Counted from the first letter of the stretch, positions 26,068-38,728 are shown. The stretch: 64,000 bases of DNA from the human T2T-CHM13v2.0 reference genome, Homo sapiens (GCF_009914755.1 NC_060936.1), one strand, 5' to 3'. Notes: a model not told the origin generated them from the sequence alone. Numbers and translations: made by a program.

Positions 26068-28079
26068 TGTGACATCTGAAGGTAATTTTGCCAGAAACCT
26101 ATAAGAACTGGCAAATGCATGGGAAACAGATTTAAGGAAATACCACATTAAAGGAGGCCTGGGTTTTGTGCTTTTCCTGGACTGTTTATGTTGTACTCTT
26201 ATTCTTCAGGGAACAATCTCCCAGAAAGCCCCTGAAAGACAAGCTCCAGAGAATTCTTTCCTCTGGGGAGCCCGAGGAGAACCCAGGTGAACCAATGTAG
26301 CATCCTTATATTTACAAGATGCATGAATCAGTAGACAAGACTGTCATGGGTCTCTGACCTCACTGTCTTCAAGCTCAGTAAGTCCCAGGCTCCCCAGGAA
26401 AAATACCTGATCCTGACTGGCAACCTCAGAGCCAGAGAAGAATGAAAGCCCACTGGAGATGAAGCAGGGATGGCACAGATATGGGGAAAGGGGATGCAAG
26501 GCCCTGTGGTTAACCAGTGATGCCTTCACATACTGATTTTCATGTTCATACCCTTCCTCACTCATGCACGTCTGCAAAGACAGCCAACAATATGCACAGT
26601 CACACAGAATGAAAATACTTACGCACACCAAATTCACATCCACCTTCACATATAAACTCTTAAAAAGCCATATGCACACATACTTCTCAAACCTTGACCC
26701 AAGTTTGTGTGTCTATGCGCTGCTATTGCAACACACACTTGTGCACCCAGGACCAAGTTTCCAAATCACACCCTTTGGATAGAGACATTCATTGACAAGA
26801 GGTCCTAACTTCACGCATATAAATCTGAAGCAATATGCAGAAACAAAAATAGACAATGAAAACAGACATTCAAAAACACAGCCACTTTATGATAATTTAA
26901 AACCAAGAAACTTCTGGAGACTGTGTCTGGCAGTTCCAGACACACACCTTGAAACAGATTCCTCTTGGTTACCAATGCCTGCTAAAACCCTGCAGGGGTT
27001 GAGACAGGGCAGGGGAAGATTTCCTAGTGTCCCAACCTAGAAAGATTAATATGTTATATCAGCCATCATCCTGCCTTCTGCAGCAGGGAACTAAAGTTCT
27101 CAGGCCAGATGTTGGAGTGAGGGAGTGCTTGTATCAGGAAAAGGGATTATGCATTTCTATAGAGGAGTGAAATATAGGGGACAAGGGCCAAACTCTGATT
27201 GTTTGAGTTTGAGTTCCAGCATCATCAGTTTCCACCTGCATAAGCCTGGGTGAGTCTGTCAATCTCTCTGTGCCTCAGTTTCTTCATTTATAAAATGGTG
27301 ATGATAATAGTACTTACAAAATAGGTTGCTGTAGGAATACACAGAGACAATATTTGTAAAGTGCTGAGAGTGGGCTGGTGCATAATGAGAGCCAAGTAAG
27401 TATTGGTTGTTATTATTCCATTCTTGGGAATGCTCCAGCCTTGGAGATTGGACAACCTCCCTGGCTCCCTCTCATAAGCCACCTCCACCCTCAGTCTCCT
27501 TCATGGACCTAGATGCAGTTGCTCGGTCCAAGATTCACCAGGCAGGATTAGCCCTCACCAGGATTGTAAAAATCGCTTCTCCCCTTCCCTGCTGTGGTTT
27601 TTGCAAATGGGATTCGTTGGAGCGGGTGGAGGGGTTCTGCTGGGTTGAGACCAGACAGCTCATCTCCTGACTAGGCTGCTTGCCTGGGCTGCCACCAGGT
27701 CTGTACTGGAAACAGGCTAGGGCATGGGAATCCTGCAGGGTTCCAACCCCCTTGTACATTTTTGTGGATCTGTAGGAAGACGGGAAGAGAGATGCTTCTC
27801 CATTGATACATGTATTTCAAGGTCCGTAACTACGTGGCCCCCCTCCCTTCTGTAATCCTTCCCAAAGAAATACCGTTATTTCTCCAAAATAAAAAGGACT
27901 GGTGTCTCCCGTCTCTGTCTCTCATACTCCGACTCAGCTCAAAGCCTCGTCCCTTTAGCCCAAGGCACTTCGTTCCTCCTGGAGTCCACTCGGCTTCCAG
28001 CGGGTTCCCAGGTGAACTGAAATCCAGAGCTATTCTCATCTGGTTGCCCTGGGAATTTCAGCGCTGTCGGTACAACCTG

Positions 28080-28330
28080 TTCCTCCATCCTCCCCACTCC
28101 TTCCCTCCCTCCGCTGGGCTGCACCCTTCTCAGCCCCTCCTTTCCCTTGCTAGGGGCCCCAGCTGCGCCCTCCGGGGAGACACTCGCTGCCACGAGACCC
28201 GGGAGGGGAAGCGGGAGGAGGGGGAGAGGAGGGGAAGGCGGGGGAGGCGCCGAGGGTGGAGGCCAAGCGCGGCGCAGCCAGAGAGGGGCGGCTGAAGGTT
28301 GCATCTGCTGGAAGGAGGCTTTTCGGCTGC
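28080..28330 (+). promoter_or_regulatory. TATA-less GC-rich proximal promoter of KCNA5 (GC/GA boxes)
   Basis: Pyrimidine tract 28080-28148, then G-rich tract 28201-28260 with GGCGGGG and GGGAGGGG boxes, about 230-450 bp before the ATG; no TATA seen. The exact TSS cannot be read from sequence. Confidence 0.65.
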
Positions 28331-28383
28331 TTGGTAACGGGCTGCCAGAAGAGAGAGAGGCAGAGAGCAGGGCAGCGGCTTCT

Positions 28384-28391
28384 TGACGTCA
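28384..28391. promoter_or_regulatory. Full palindromic cAMP response element (TGACGTCA) in the KCNA5 5' non-coding region
   Basis: Exact TGACGTCA in the CpG island, variant TGACGCCA at 28467-28474; cAMP/CRE control of Kv1.5 transcription is established. Confidence 0.75.
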
Positions 28392-28528
28392 GGGCCAAGC
28401 GAGGGGATCGCGCCAGCAACCCCAGCTCTCCCCAGAGAGGGGCCGGCCGACCGCTGGAGCGGAGCCTGACGCCAGGCGCCCGCGGAGCGTGAGTAGGGGG
28501 CGCGGGAGCCGGTCAGCTGGGGCGCAGC

Positions 28529-28591
28529 ATGCCCTCTGCTCCCGCGCCATGGAGATCGCCCTGGTGCCCCTGGAGAACGGCGGTGCCATGA
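28529..28591 (+). other. Upstream overlapping ORF (20 aa, [20 protein letters not shown]), out of frame with KCNA5
   Basis: ATG at 28529 (agcATGc, A at -3), 20 nt before the main ATG; TGA at 28589-28591. The ORF is certain; its translation is not shown. Confidence 0.55.
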
Positions 28592-30357
28592 CCGTCAGAG
28601 GAGGCGATGAGGCCCGGGCAGGCTGCGGCCAGGCCACAGGGGGAGAGCTCCAGTGTCCCCCGACGGCTGGGCTCAGCGATGGGCCCAAGGAGCCGGCGCC
28701 AAAGGGGCGCGGCGCGCAGAGAGACGCGGACTCGGGAGTGCGGCCCTTGCCTCCGCTGCCAGAGGAGCTGCCACGGCCTCGACGGCCGCCTCCCGAGGAC
28801 GAGGAGGAAGAAGGCGATCCCGGCCTGGGCACGGTGGAGGACCAGGCTCTGGGCACGGCGTCCCTGCACCACCAGCGCGTCCACATCAACATCTCCGGGC
28901 TGCGCTTTGAGACGCAGCTGGGCACCCTGGCGCAGTTCCCCAACACACTCCTGGGGGACCCCGCCAAGCGCCTGCGCTACTTCGACCCCCTGAGGAACGA
29001 GTACTTCTTCGACCGCAACCGGCCCAGCTTCGACGGTATCCTCTACTACTACCAGTCCGGGGGCCGCCTGCGGAGGCCGGTCAACGTCTCCCTGGACGTG
29101 TTCGCGGACGAGATACGCTTCTACCAGCTGGGGGACGAGGCCATGGAGCGCTTCCGCGAGGATGAGGGCTTCATTAAAGAAGAGGAGAAGCCCCTGCCCC
29201 GCAACGAGTTCCAGCGCCAGGTGTGGCTTATCTTCGAGTATCCGGAGAGCTCTGGGTCCGCGCGGGCCATCGCCATCGTCTCGGTCTTGGTTATCCTCAT
29301 CTCCATCATCACCTTCTGCTTGGAGACCCTGCCTGAGTTCAGGGATGAACGTGAGCTGCTCCGCCACCCTCCGGCGCCCCACCAGCCTCCCGCGCCCGCC
29401 CCTGGGGCCAACGGCAGCGGGGTCATGGCCCCGCCCTCTGGCCCTACGGTGGCACCGCTCCTGCCCAGGACCCTGGCCGACCCCTTCTTCATCGTGGAGA
29501 CCACGTGCGTCATCTGGTTCACCTTCGAGCTGCTCGTGCGCTTCTTCGCCTGCCCCAGCAAGGCAGGGTTCTCCCGGAACATCATGAACATCATCGATGT
29601 GGTGGCCATCTTCCCCTACTTCATCACCCTGGGCACCGAACTGGCAGAGCAGCAGCCAGGGGGCGGAGGAGGCGGCCAGAATGGGCAGCAGGCCATGTCC
29701 CTGGCCATCCTCCGAGTCATCCGCCTGGTCCGGGTGTTCCGCATCTTCAAGCTCTCCCGCCACTCCAAGGGGCTGCAGATCCTGGGCAAGACCTTGCAGG
29801 CCTCCATGAGGGAGCTGGGGCTGCTCATCTTCTTCCTCTTCATCGGGGTCATCCTCTTCTCCAGTGCCGTCTACTTCGCAGAGGCTGACAACCAGGGAAC
29901 CCATTTCTCTAGCATCCCTGACGCCTTCTGGTGGGCAGTGGTCACCATGACCACTGTGGGCTACGGGGACATGAGGCCCATCACTGTTGGGGGCAAGATC
30001 GTGGGCTCGCTGTGTGCCATCGCCGGGGTCCTCACCATTGCCCTGCCTGTGCCCGTCATCGTCTCCAACTTCAACTACTTCTACCACCGGGAAACGGATC
30101 ACGAGGAGCCGGCAGTCCTTAAGGAAGAGCAGGGCACTCAGAGCCAGGGGCCGGGGCTGGACAGAGGAGTCCAGCGGAAGGTCAGCGGGAGCAGGGGATC
30201 CTTCTGCAAGGCTGGGGGGACCCTGGAGAATGCAGACAGTGCCCGAAGGGGCAGCTGCCCCCTAGAGAAGTGTAACGTCAAGGCCAAGAGCAACGTGGAC
30301 TTGCGGAGGTCCCTTTATGCCCTCTGCCTGGACACCAGCCGGGAAACAGATTTGTGA
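28549..30357 (+). CDS. KCNA5: Voltage-gated potassium channel Kv1.5 (Shaker family), intronless, 602 aa in this sequence
   Basis: ATG at 28549 in strong Kozak (gccATGg); [13 protein letters not shown]-terminus, T1 domain ([14 protein letters not shown]), S1-S6, S4 [23 protein letters not shown] filter, PVP hinge, C-terminal PDZ ligand ETDL, TGA ending 30357. The ORF track's 622 aa starts at an upstream GTG. Confidence 0.99.
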   Translation: MEIALVPLENGGAMTVRGGDEARAGCGQATGGELQCPPTAGLSDGPKEPAPKGRGAQRDADSGVRPLPPLPEELPRPRRPPPEDEEEEGDPGLGTVEDQALGTASLHHQRVHINISGLRFETQLGTLAQFPNTLLGDPAKRLRYFDPLRNEYFFDRNRPSFDGILYYYQSGGRLRRPVNVSLDVFADEIRFYQLGDEAMERFREDEGFIKEEEKPLPRNEFQRQVWLIFEYPESSGSARAIAIVSVLVILISIITFCLETLPEFRDERELLRHPPAPHQPPAPAPGANGSGVMAPPSGPTVAPLLPRTLADPFFIVETTCVIWFTFELLVRFFACPSKAGFSRNIMNIIDVVAIFPYFITLGTELAEQQPGGGGGGQNGQQAMSLAILRVIRLVRVFRIFKLSRHSKGLQILGKTLQASMRELGLLIFFLFIGVILFSSAVYFAEADNQGTHFSSIPDAFWWAVVTMTTVGYGDMRPITVGGKIVGSLCAIAGVLTIALPVPVIVSNFNYFYHRETDHEEPAVLKEEQGTQSQGPGLDRGVQRKVSGSRGSFCKAGGTLENADSARRGSCPLEKCNVKAKSNVDLRRSLYALCLDTSRETDL

Positions 30358-30565
30358 AAGGAGATTCAGGCAGACTGGTGGCAGTGGAGTAGGGAATGGG
30401 AGGCTTGCTGAACATGGATATCTACATTATACCGCAGAGTATTTGAAGTCACACTGTAACCTCAGTCTACCCCTCTCCTTTCACTCCTTTCCTCCCTCCC
30501 TCGATCCCCCCATTTTCTCTATTCTTTCCATGACACCCAAGGGTCGCCTATTTTTAAAAAGTACC

Positions 30566-30573
30566 ACATTCCA
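30566..30573 (+). promoter_or_regulatory. miR-1/miR-206 8mer seed site in the KCNA5 3' UTR
   Basis: ACATTCCA complements the GGAAUGU seed plus A1; 209 nt after the stop. Confidence 0.65.
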
Positions 30574-31130
30574 TGACGCAGGAGCTGTGGAAATGGTGAG
30601 CGCTGTGAGATGGATGTATTTGTAGCCAGTCTCCTATACCCAGCAGAGGGATAACCCAAACAAAAATGACTCTAAATAGCCCAGATCCCAAGAGATTATG
30701 TAACTCCTCCATCCATGTGTTCCAAATTTGCTTTACATATGATTGTATTTGTGTATAGGGGAAAATATTATTTTTATGCCTGGTAAGTGGCTTTTTGTAC
30801 TGTAGTTCAGATAGAGATATTTTGGGTATATTTTCAAGATACATGTTGTATTTATGGAAGAAAGTGTTGTCCTGATGTTTTTCTGTGTTACTTATATTAG
30901 AGTCAGAGATCTTGGTATGGGCTGTTCTGTTTCCTGTGTCTCCAAGCCTCTGTCTTTTCTGGGATGTGGTATTGGTGCTTTGTGTCTAGGGCAGAGTATG
31001 TTCTTGAAGAAAGGCAAATCTGACTTTTTCTGTGCGCCTTAAACAATTCTTGTAACTTTCTTCAAAAAGCATTTTAATGATATTGGAGGAATACTTCTGA
31101 TAATTTATTGTCTTTATTTTTATCCCAGGA

Positions 31131-31136
31131 AATAAA
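31131..31136 (+). terminator. KCNA5 polyadenylation signal
   Basis: First AATAAA seen after the stop, with U-rich upstream and GT/T-rich downstream sequence (gtgttagtttttct); 3' UTR about 0.8 kb. Confidence 0.8.
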
Positions 31137-33366
31137 AGGTTACCTTGTTGAGGCAAGTGTTAGTTTTTCTGCAGCTGATACATTTTCTGAAATTTTTAAA
31201 AATAGTCTGTCACTGGCTGTTTCTGGTTTTGACATCAGAGCAAACGCATTGACTGGGGTTAGAGGAAATCTGAAAAGCTCATGATTTGCTTGGCGACGTC
31301 TTTTCAGTGCACCCCTTGGTGCCTCATAGACAATGGTGGGTGAATTTTGTCCAGGCTGTTTATGGCACGGACGCCCCTGTGAGATGCTCTCTGAAGCAGT
31401 AGTATCAGCCCTTATGGTCAGCCTGGAGTAGGGAGGGCACTTAAAGGAAAAAGGGGATCAGACCCCTGACAGTCTTATTGGGTCTCCCGGCACTGGCTTT
31501 CATTCCTTTGTTTGCAGGTTTTCAGCCCTCCTCAGGGTGGCTCTCAGCAGCTCTGAGAAAAGCAAGCCTGATTCTCACAGACATGAAGCAGTCCTGGCAG
31601 CCCCAGTGTGCGAGTCACAGAGGGACCTGCACCGGTTGTTCACTGCCCTCTTGGCATGGCAGAGGAGCACGTAATGTCTTTATGGCAACAGCAACAGTGA
31701 GAGGCCAAATGGAAGGATTTGCTTGTTCACATTAAGAGCTGTTTTCTGCAGATTGTGGCCTTGCCCCCAAGTAATCCCTAAACTCAGAACAAATCTCCTT
31801 GTTCCCTTGTCACTGGAAGGCTGCGGCAAAACATTGCAGTTGGCATAACACTAGCTAGCATTTCTCTCTGGGATTAGCTATCTGCTGATAGGAATCCGGA
31901 GCCCCACGGATTCCTGCTGTTGCTTTTTCTGCTGAATGATCCAAAGCTGGGGCTGTTTTACATCCTCACCAGGGTGGGCTGGTGGGCTGGAATCACACCT
32001 CCCCCAGGACAACAGTGGGCTTCACGGCTAGTTCTCAGGGTGTGGTCAGGTCTCCCTGTGGGTGAGAGGAGATCTATAAGTCAATGCCTGGGAATTGTGG
32101 GTTTAAATAAAATGGCCAGCACGGTAAGGAAAGCCGGGGTCTGCGAGTGCCCAAAGTCATTTCTAGCCAGAAGCTTTTAACACCAAATCTGAGGAGGAAA
32201 CAGAAGGATTGTGCAGACAGGGCTCTGTTGATTTTCATTGCATGCTAAGGCAAAGGAAGAAGAACAGAGACACTTTATTTATTTATAATTTACAATCTGC
32301 CTAAAAGCAGGGCATCTTGCCAGAGCTCAACTGTACACGGTCTCACCTCCAAGCCCTCTCTGCCTTTAAAGCTAATGTTTGCAGTTTAGCACACACCTAG
32401 TGATTGGGACGGGGAAATCACCCTTAGGGCTCCAGCTTTCCTTAAAAACAAGCGATGTCACCACCTTTGACCTGAAGGTTTATTCCTTTAGGCTCAAGCA
32501 AATACCGAGAGAGAAGCCCCCCAGGCTTCCATGTCCAGGCTTCCATGTGTCCAGGTGCCTGACAAGATGTTGGTTCAATTAGAATGGACTGCATCTTTAA
32601 AATGTCCAGTAAACGGGCATAATCTTGTAGAAATCCTCAAGGATAGAGAGGAGGGAGTGAGAGAGTGAGGCTCCCTGTAATTTTTTTTTTGGGGGGAGGA
32701 TATTGTGAAGCGGGTTTCCAAAAGGGACCAGAGTGATTCCAGAGGGAACCCTGGAGTCCAGCATCTCAGTTCCCTGTTGTAGCCTTCAGTCCTGGGGACC
32801 AGTGATGTGTGAGATCTGTCCTGGAGCACTGGTTGGGGGGGCACCCACTAGGCAGTTCAGAGTATTTCCGTCTCGCCATATTCTCAGTGCACCTGTTTCT
32901 GTGATTCTGGAAACAGCCTCCACTATTGCACTCCAGCCAACCTGCTTTGCCTTTTGATGTAATTAGCAGGGAAGGGCTCTGAGAGTCAAGACTCTTCCCC
33001 AGGCTACCTGAGGTAAAGAGCCCTTTCCTGTCCCCTCCCACCCTCCCCAGCTTCTCTGCTGTTATGATTTCCATAGCCTTTACCTTCCTGAGGAGATTAA
33101 ATCAAGGAGCCTCTGCCAAGCCTTTTATCCAGATGTTTCTTCTTGGTTCCCATGGGAGGAGACCACTCCTGAGTTTATAATCTACCAGCTTTGGCAACCA
33201 AGGCCCAGAAAGCAGGCTGCAGTTGGGTGTAAGGACAGCAAAACATCTGGCTCCTTCTTCTTTACTGCCCACTTTTTTTCTTCTCCTGCCCTAAATGCTT
33301 GCTAAACCTTAGATAATTACAGGTTCAGGAAAAAAAAAATTCACATGCTTTAAAAGTCTCAGTTCC

Positions 33367-33664
<298 letters not shown>

Positions 33665-34382
33665 AAAAGTCTCAGTTCCTCATCTTGCCCTGCTGGGGAC
33701 GTCCCCTAGGTGAGAGAATGAAACAGACAAGGAGCCCTGGCGGAGTTTTTCCAGAGACTTGGGATTTGTGTTATTTTCGCGTGAATGATGAAAGCACTCC
33801 CAGGCTTAGCATGACACAGAGTGTTTCTCTTGGTGCAGGGACACCTTTCTTCAAGTCCCCTCCAGAAGTGGCAGATTTGTGCACAGTGGATATTGACCCT
33901 GGGTGAGGAACAAGCGTTCTTCTCTTGTTTGACCTCAGTGGCACAGATCTACTCAGCAGCTACTCTGGGCCCAGCACTCTCCTGCGTGTGGAAGGACATA
34001 CTGGGAAAAATATTAGGATGTGATTCCTGCCTTCATATAGCTGAAGTCTCACAGGTATAAAGCAAAAGCAAGTCATGCAAGATAATGTGTGTCCATGTAC
34101 CTTGAAGGGGGTTCCAAAATGGAGCTATGTGGAACAGAAGTGGGAGTGAGAGAATCAGTGAGGGTGAGTGTAGAAGAGAAAAGCTGCTGCAGGCCCTGCA
34201 GTGAGGCTGGGAAGAAAGGAGGGCATGCCGGATGAGGACAGGGAGGGCAGTGGCTCTGAGGAGAATCGCTGCTGTGTCCCCATCACTGTCTTCTGGGATA
34301 GAGTCCAGAGTTCAAGATCGGTGACTGTAGTAGGAGCTCCAATTTTACCAGTAGCTGGGGGATGCGGCAATTGTTCAGGGGA

Positions 34383-34515
34383 GGGGTTGGCAACATTTCT
34401 GAAAGAGCCAGAAAGTAAATATTCTAGGCTTTGTAGGCCAAGAGGCAAAATTGAGGCTATTGTGTAGCTACTTATATAACCATATACAATGTAATCTTTT
34501 AAAAATGTGAACACT
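34383..34515. mobile_element. MER58B-like DNA transposon fragment
   Basis: GGGGTTGGCAA...GCCAGAAAGTAAATATTCTAGGCTTTGTAGGCCAAGAGGCAAAATTGAGG. Confidence 0.65.
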
Positions 34516-37500
34516 TAGCCTCAGCTCCAGAGCTGTACATCCCTGTCACGTCAGTTCACCAGTTAATCAGTCACACAGAGGCTGCCTCCTGGGTATCCAG
34601 TCATGCCTGCGAAGCCCTGATCTGTCTCCCCTGATCTGACTTTGCTCAGTTCAACTTGCGTTTATTGCAAATGCCAATCTTTGGTTTGGGGAGGAGGTCG
34701 CATGCTGGCATTTCCTAGCCCACGGTAGACCTGGGAAGAAAGATTTAGCTTGCTTCTACCGCCTCATAAAATTTAGATTTTTTTTTCTATGTGTCTGTGG
34801 GACAGACTGCTCTATTTTCAGGGAAGAGAAATAAGATGCCAAACTGGGAATTCTGCCTATGACTCTGGCCAGTGTGTTTTTCGCTGAGCTGTTGGTGGAA
34901 GTGGACCCCCACCACCAGAGCATAGGCCTCTTTCTCCTGCTGGCCTTAGACTTTTTCTGGAGGGGGCATTTCACCTGCCCCACCCTCCTTAGCTGGTTCT
35001 TCTCTGGCTATACAGGTAAGCCCTGGGCCGGGTGGCCTCTGTGTGCACATGGTATGTATATGGTACGCACAGGTATAGCAGTGTCTACTCATGTAGCAGT
35101 GTGCATGGGTCTGGGGCCAGGGTAGCCCAGCCTGGAGTGACTCAACTCCAGACCACAGACCTCCAGACAGAGGAAGATGCCTGTTACCTTCTCTTTTACT
35201 TGTCATTTATTTTCTAGCATCAAATTTTCCTCCAAGGGATGTTTCCACTAGAAGGAACCTTACAAATAATCTGGTCTGTCCTGTTCGTTTCACAGATGAA
35301 CAAAGCAAGGCTCAGAGAGAAGAGGTAACTCACCCAAGGTCCCGCCTCCAATTAAGGCAGGATTGGCATTGTTTTCCCTGACTCCTAGGCTTGATTCCTC
35401 CCAGTAATTCCACTCCATGTCTTCTGCATGAAAGCCTCCCAGTTCTCATTCAGCTGCCCTACCTACGCTCCTTCCTGAGGCACATCCCTGCCATGTCAGT
35501 TTATCTGTATCCAAGCTGCCTTTGAAGCCCTGATTTGCCTCCTCTGATTTGATGTTACTAATTTCAACTTGTGTTTATTTCAAATTTCAAGGCAGTATAG
35601 GCAATGGAAATGTGGCATAGCAATGAACAGGGCCCCCTGAAGAAGCATCTCACTATCTAGGGGGGAAAATGGAAGCATTGCAATTCCAGCGTACTTAGTA
35701 CTATCATTCATTCATTTGTTCAAGTCATTTAACAGATATTTACTATGAGGCAGGCACCGTGCTAGACTCTGAGAATAACTAGCAAGAGGTCTTCCCTGAT
35801 TGGATTTCCAGTCTAGTGGGGAGGATCAACAATTAAGTAAGCATGAAGAGATAATTTTCAAATTGAGGAAATGAGCAATGTCAGTTACATTTGGGGGACA
35901 GATGTGCTACTTAGAGAGATGCATGGCTACAGAAGAGGAGACATTTGAGCGAAGCAAAAGAAGACATAAAAAGAGACAATGAGTTGGGAGCAGTGGTGCT
36001 GGGACTACAGGGACTTTTGTGGGGAGCCTCAATTTTCTTGGAGAAGCAGAGGGTGGAGACCTCAGACAGAGCTGGGAGCTGAGGAAAGCCAAGTACCTGG
36101 AGTGCTTTGGGCAGGATTTTCAATCCCAGGGCCAGCCCTGGCCACTCACCATCAAGAAGCAGGAAGATAGCCCTGCCCCTGCAGGCAGCAAATCCAAAGA
36201 GATGCAGCTGGACCACTTCACTGAGGGAGGCACAGCATAAGTTTCTGCCGAAAGGCAAGCAGCAGGCTGAAATCTGATTTTTTTCTTTAATTTGAGGGGG
36301 CAGGCAAAGGCCCTCAGATGCCCCTGGCTTGTTTCACCAGCCAGCAGCACACCCCAGTGGATTCTGGGTATGTGCCAAAAAGCAGATACAAACAACCTGG
36401 GGATCCTGGAGGAGGCAGGTCCCAAGGTGAGGAGAGGGGTGCAGAGGGAGCAAGGAGTCCTAGAGGCCCAGAGTTCCTCAAAACTATTCTAAGACCAGGA
36501 ACAGGAACCGAAAAATCTGAGAGAGGATGTGGTGGGGCCAAGAAGAGAGCATCAGGAAAACCAAACATCTGTGTGCAAAAAATGCCATTTCTCAGAAATT
36601 CACAAGGAAAGCTTCACTTACACCTGGATGGGGAACTTGATTTGGACCCTTACAAGCATGCTCATTTATGTTTCAGACTGGAGTGCTCTGGAAGACAATG
36701 GAGTTTCCCCTTTTATCCTGCACACACCAGTCCCTCCTTCCAGCAACTCTCTGGTAGGCATGGGATTTTTCCCTTCCTGTAGCCCTGCCTTTGGGAGAAG
36801 TGGTGAGATGTGAATTGTGCAGGAGCTGGACGTCAGCGCTAACTGTCAAAGGGGATTGCTCAGCGCCCCTTCCTCTCATTGTGCTCTCTATAACCTCTTG
36901 TGCATGACATTGTGTGCACTGAGGATGTCACTTCTGCCTCCTACAGGGATCTCAAGTCTCAGAACAAGCCCGTCAATCCTAGGTAGTGTGGTGGGGATAG
37001 AAATGAGACAGATTCTATCCTCAGGAAACTCACTGACTGATGTGGGCATGCTACACCTGCCTGTATAGGGAGCCACACATATAAAAATCAAGGACAAAAT
37101 CTAAAGAACCAGCTATAAATGCCACAGAGAAATATAATTGCACTTAATGGTTTTGGGGATTGATCTAAGCCTGGCGCACTTATTTGAGCCAGGATTCCTG
37201 AAAGAGGAGAACTTCAGAAGCAGTGTGAAAGAAGGGTCACATATAAATCTGTGTCTTTATTACTGTAGGTCTTCCCCACCCTCCTGCCCCATGAACCCTC
37301 CTGCCCCATGAACCCTCCTCTCAACTCCCCAGGCCTCTCATGTTGATGGTCACTCTGTCCCTTGAACTGGCTATCACCTAGGCTGCAAGCTGACCTGCTC
37401 AGCAGATCCTGTCTCGTCACTCACCATGGCCCTCTTGGCTCATGGCCTTTGACACAGATTGAGCCCATTTGCTGCAATATAGTAAGAGATCAATAGTGAT

Positions 37501-37994
37501 CTGTTGAATCTTGAGTTTACATTTTTTAAAAACAAGCTTTGCTCCATTTTTTTTTTTACGTCTTCGGTTTTGTAGTAATTGGTCTTCTGGAACCAGGCTA
37601 CTTTTAGGAGCCTTCAGCTTTATTATTTGGTAATCCTGTGAATTGTGTTCCAATATAAGACCTACTCTTAGGAATTTCTGAATAATGTGACCCTATTGCA
37701 ATTGTAATGTTTATTATAAATTTCCAAATCGCTGCCGTTATAAAACTGAAGATTTATACAGCAGCTTTGCTCCAGAGTCCAAACAGCTGCCCCTTAGGCA
37801 TGTTTTATAAACAACTGAGATTACTACAACCTGAATTGTAGCTCTCAGTAATCCATGCCAATTACAGGGAATGCACATGAGACACCAATGCATGTTTGTT
37901 TGCTTTCTTCCCTAGCAGATTAAACTTTTCATTACTGCAATCACTTGCATTTTTTAAAATGGACATCACTTAGGCCAATTACAAATTATAATGT

Positions 37995-38100
37995 CACCAT
38001 GCCGGGCTAATTGTTTTGTATTTTTAGTAGAGACTGGGTTTCACCATATTGGTCAGGCTGGTCTCGAACTCCTGACCTCAGGTGATCCACCCGCCTCAGT
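37995..38100 (-). mobile_element. Internal AluS fragment truncated at both ends
   Basis: CACCATGCCGGGCTAATT...GTATTTTTAGTAGAGAC...GGTGATCCACCCGCCTCAG; no tail, no 5' end. Confidence 0.85.
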
Positions 38101-38728
38101 CCTTCTTTATGTGATGTCAAATATATCTTCTCCTCAAAGAAACTACCCTTAGTCCCTCTTGTCCAGTGCCATTTCTCCTTTTTTGGCACTTCTATCACAG
38201 ACGTATCCTGCCCCAACTGTGGTTAGTTGTTTTTCTACTTCTACTTCTTCACCCTTCCTCGAGAGCAGATCAGAGCTCATCGTGTTCCCGTGTATATCCC
38301 AGTGCCTAGAGTTGGGCTGTGGCAGCAAGCAGGTACCCAATAAGACTTTCTGGACTGCATTGCCTCCTCTTCTGACTGAAAATACAATCACTTATGTGCC
38401 TCCTACATCAAATGCGTTTGTGAAACAGTTGATACAGACGCTCCTTGGCATCCAGGAAGCTGCAGGAGCAGGGTCTTTGTTTGATGGTTCCCTTTGCTCT
38501 GCCTTGACTCACCATGTGTGCAGTCCAGGTGGATGATAACATTTAATGTGAGCTGGACTCCTAGAATTAAAAAGAAAGAGAACTGTATGGACAGGGATTC
38601 AGGGGAGTGTTTCAGAGACCAGGCAGAACTATAAGGTGAGAATGAAAGAGAGGATAGGCTGAGGGATAGACCTAGAATATTGGACATGTTCATATTCTGG
38701 GTAAAAAACAAAAAATGTCAGTGAGAGA

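Larger units (their letters stand above)
27940..30330. promoter_or_regulatory. CpG island over the KCNA5 promoter, 5' UTR and CDS
   Basis: Dense CpG and high GC compared with CpG-depleted flanks; boundaries approximate. Confidence 0.85.

Noticed and set aside
28489-28548. 622-aa version of Kv1.5 from the ORF track
   Set aside because: Starts at GTG; the recognised N-terminus and strong Kozak are at 28549. Kept only as a low-interest finding.
28513-30102. 529-aa antisense ORF across KCNA5, and the other ORFs nested in the CDS
   Set aside because: Codon-registered shadow of a CDS with very high third-position GC; low-complexity D/E/G/H composition, no recognisable domain.
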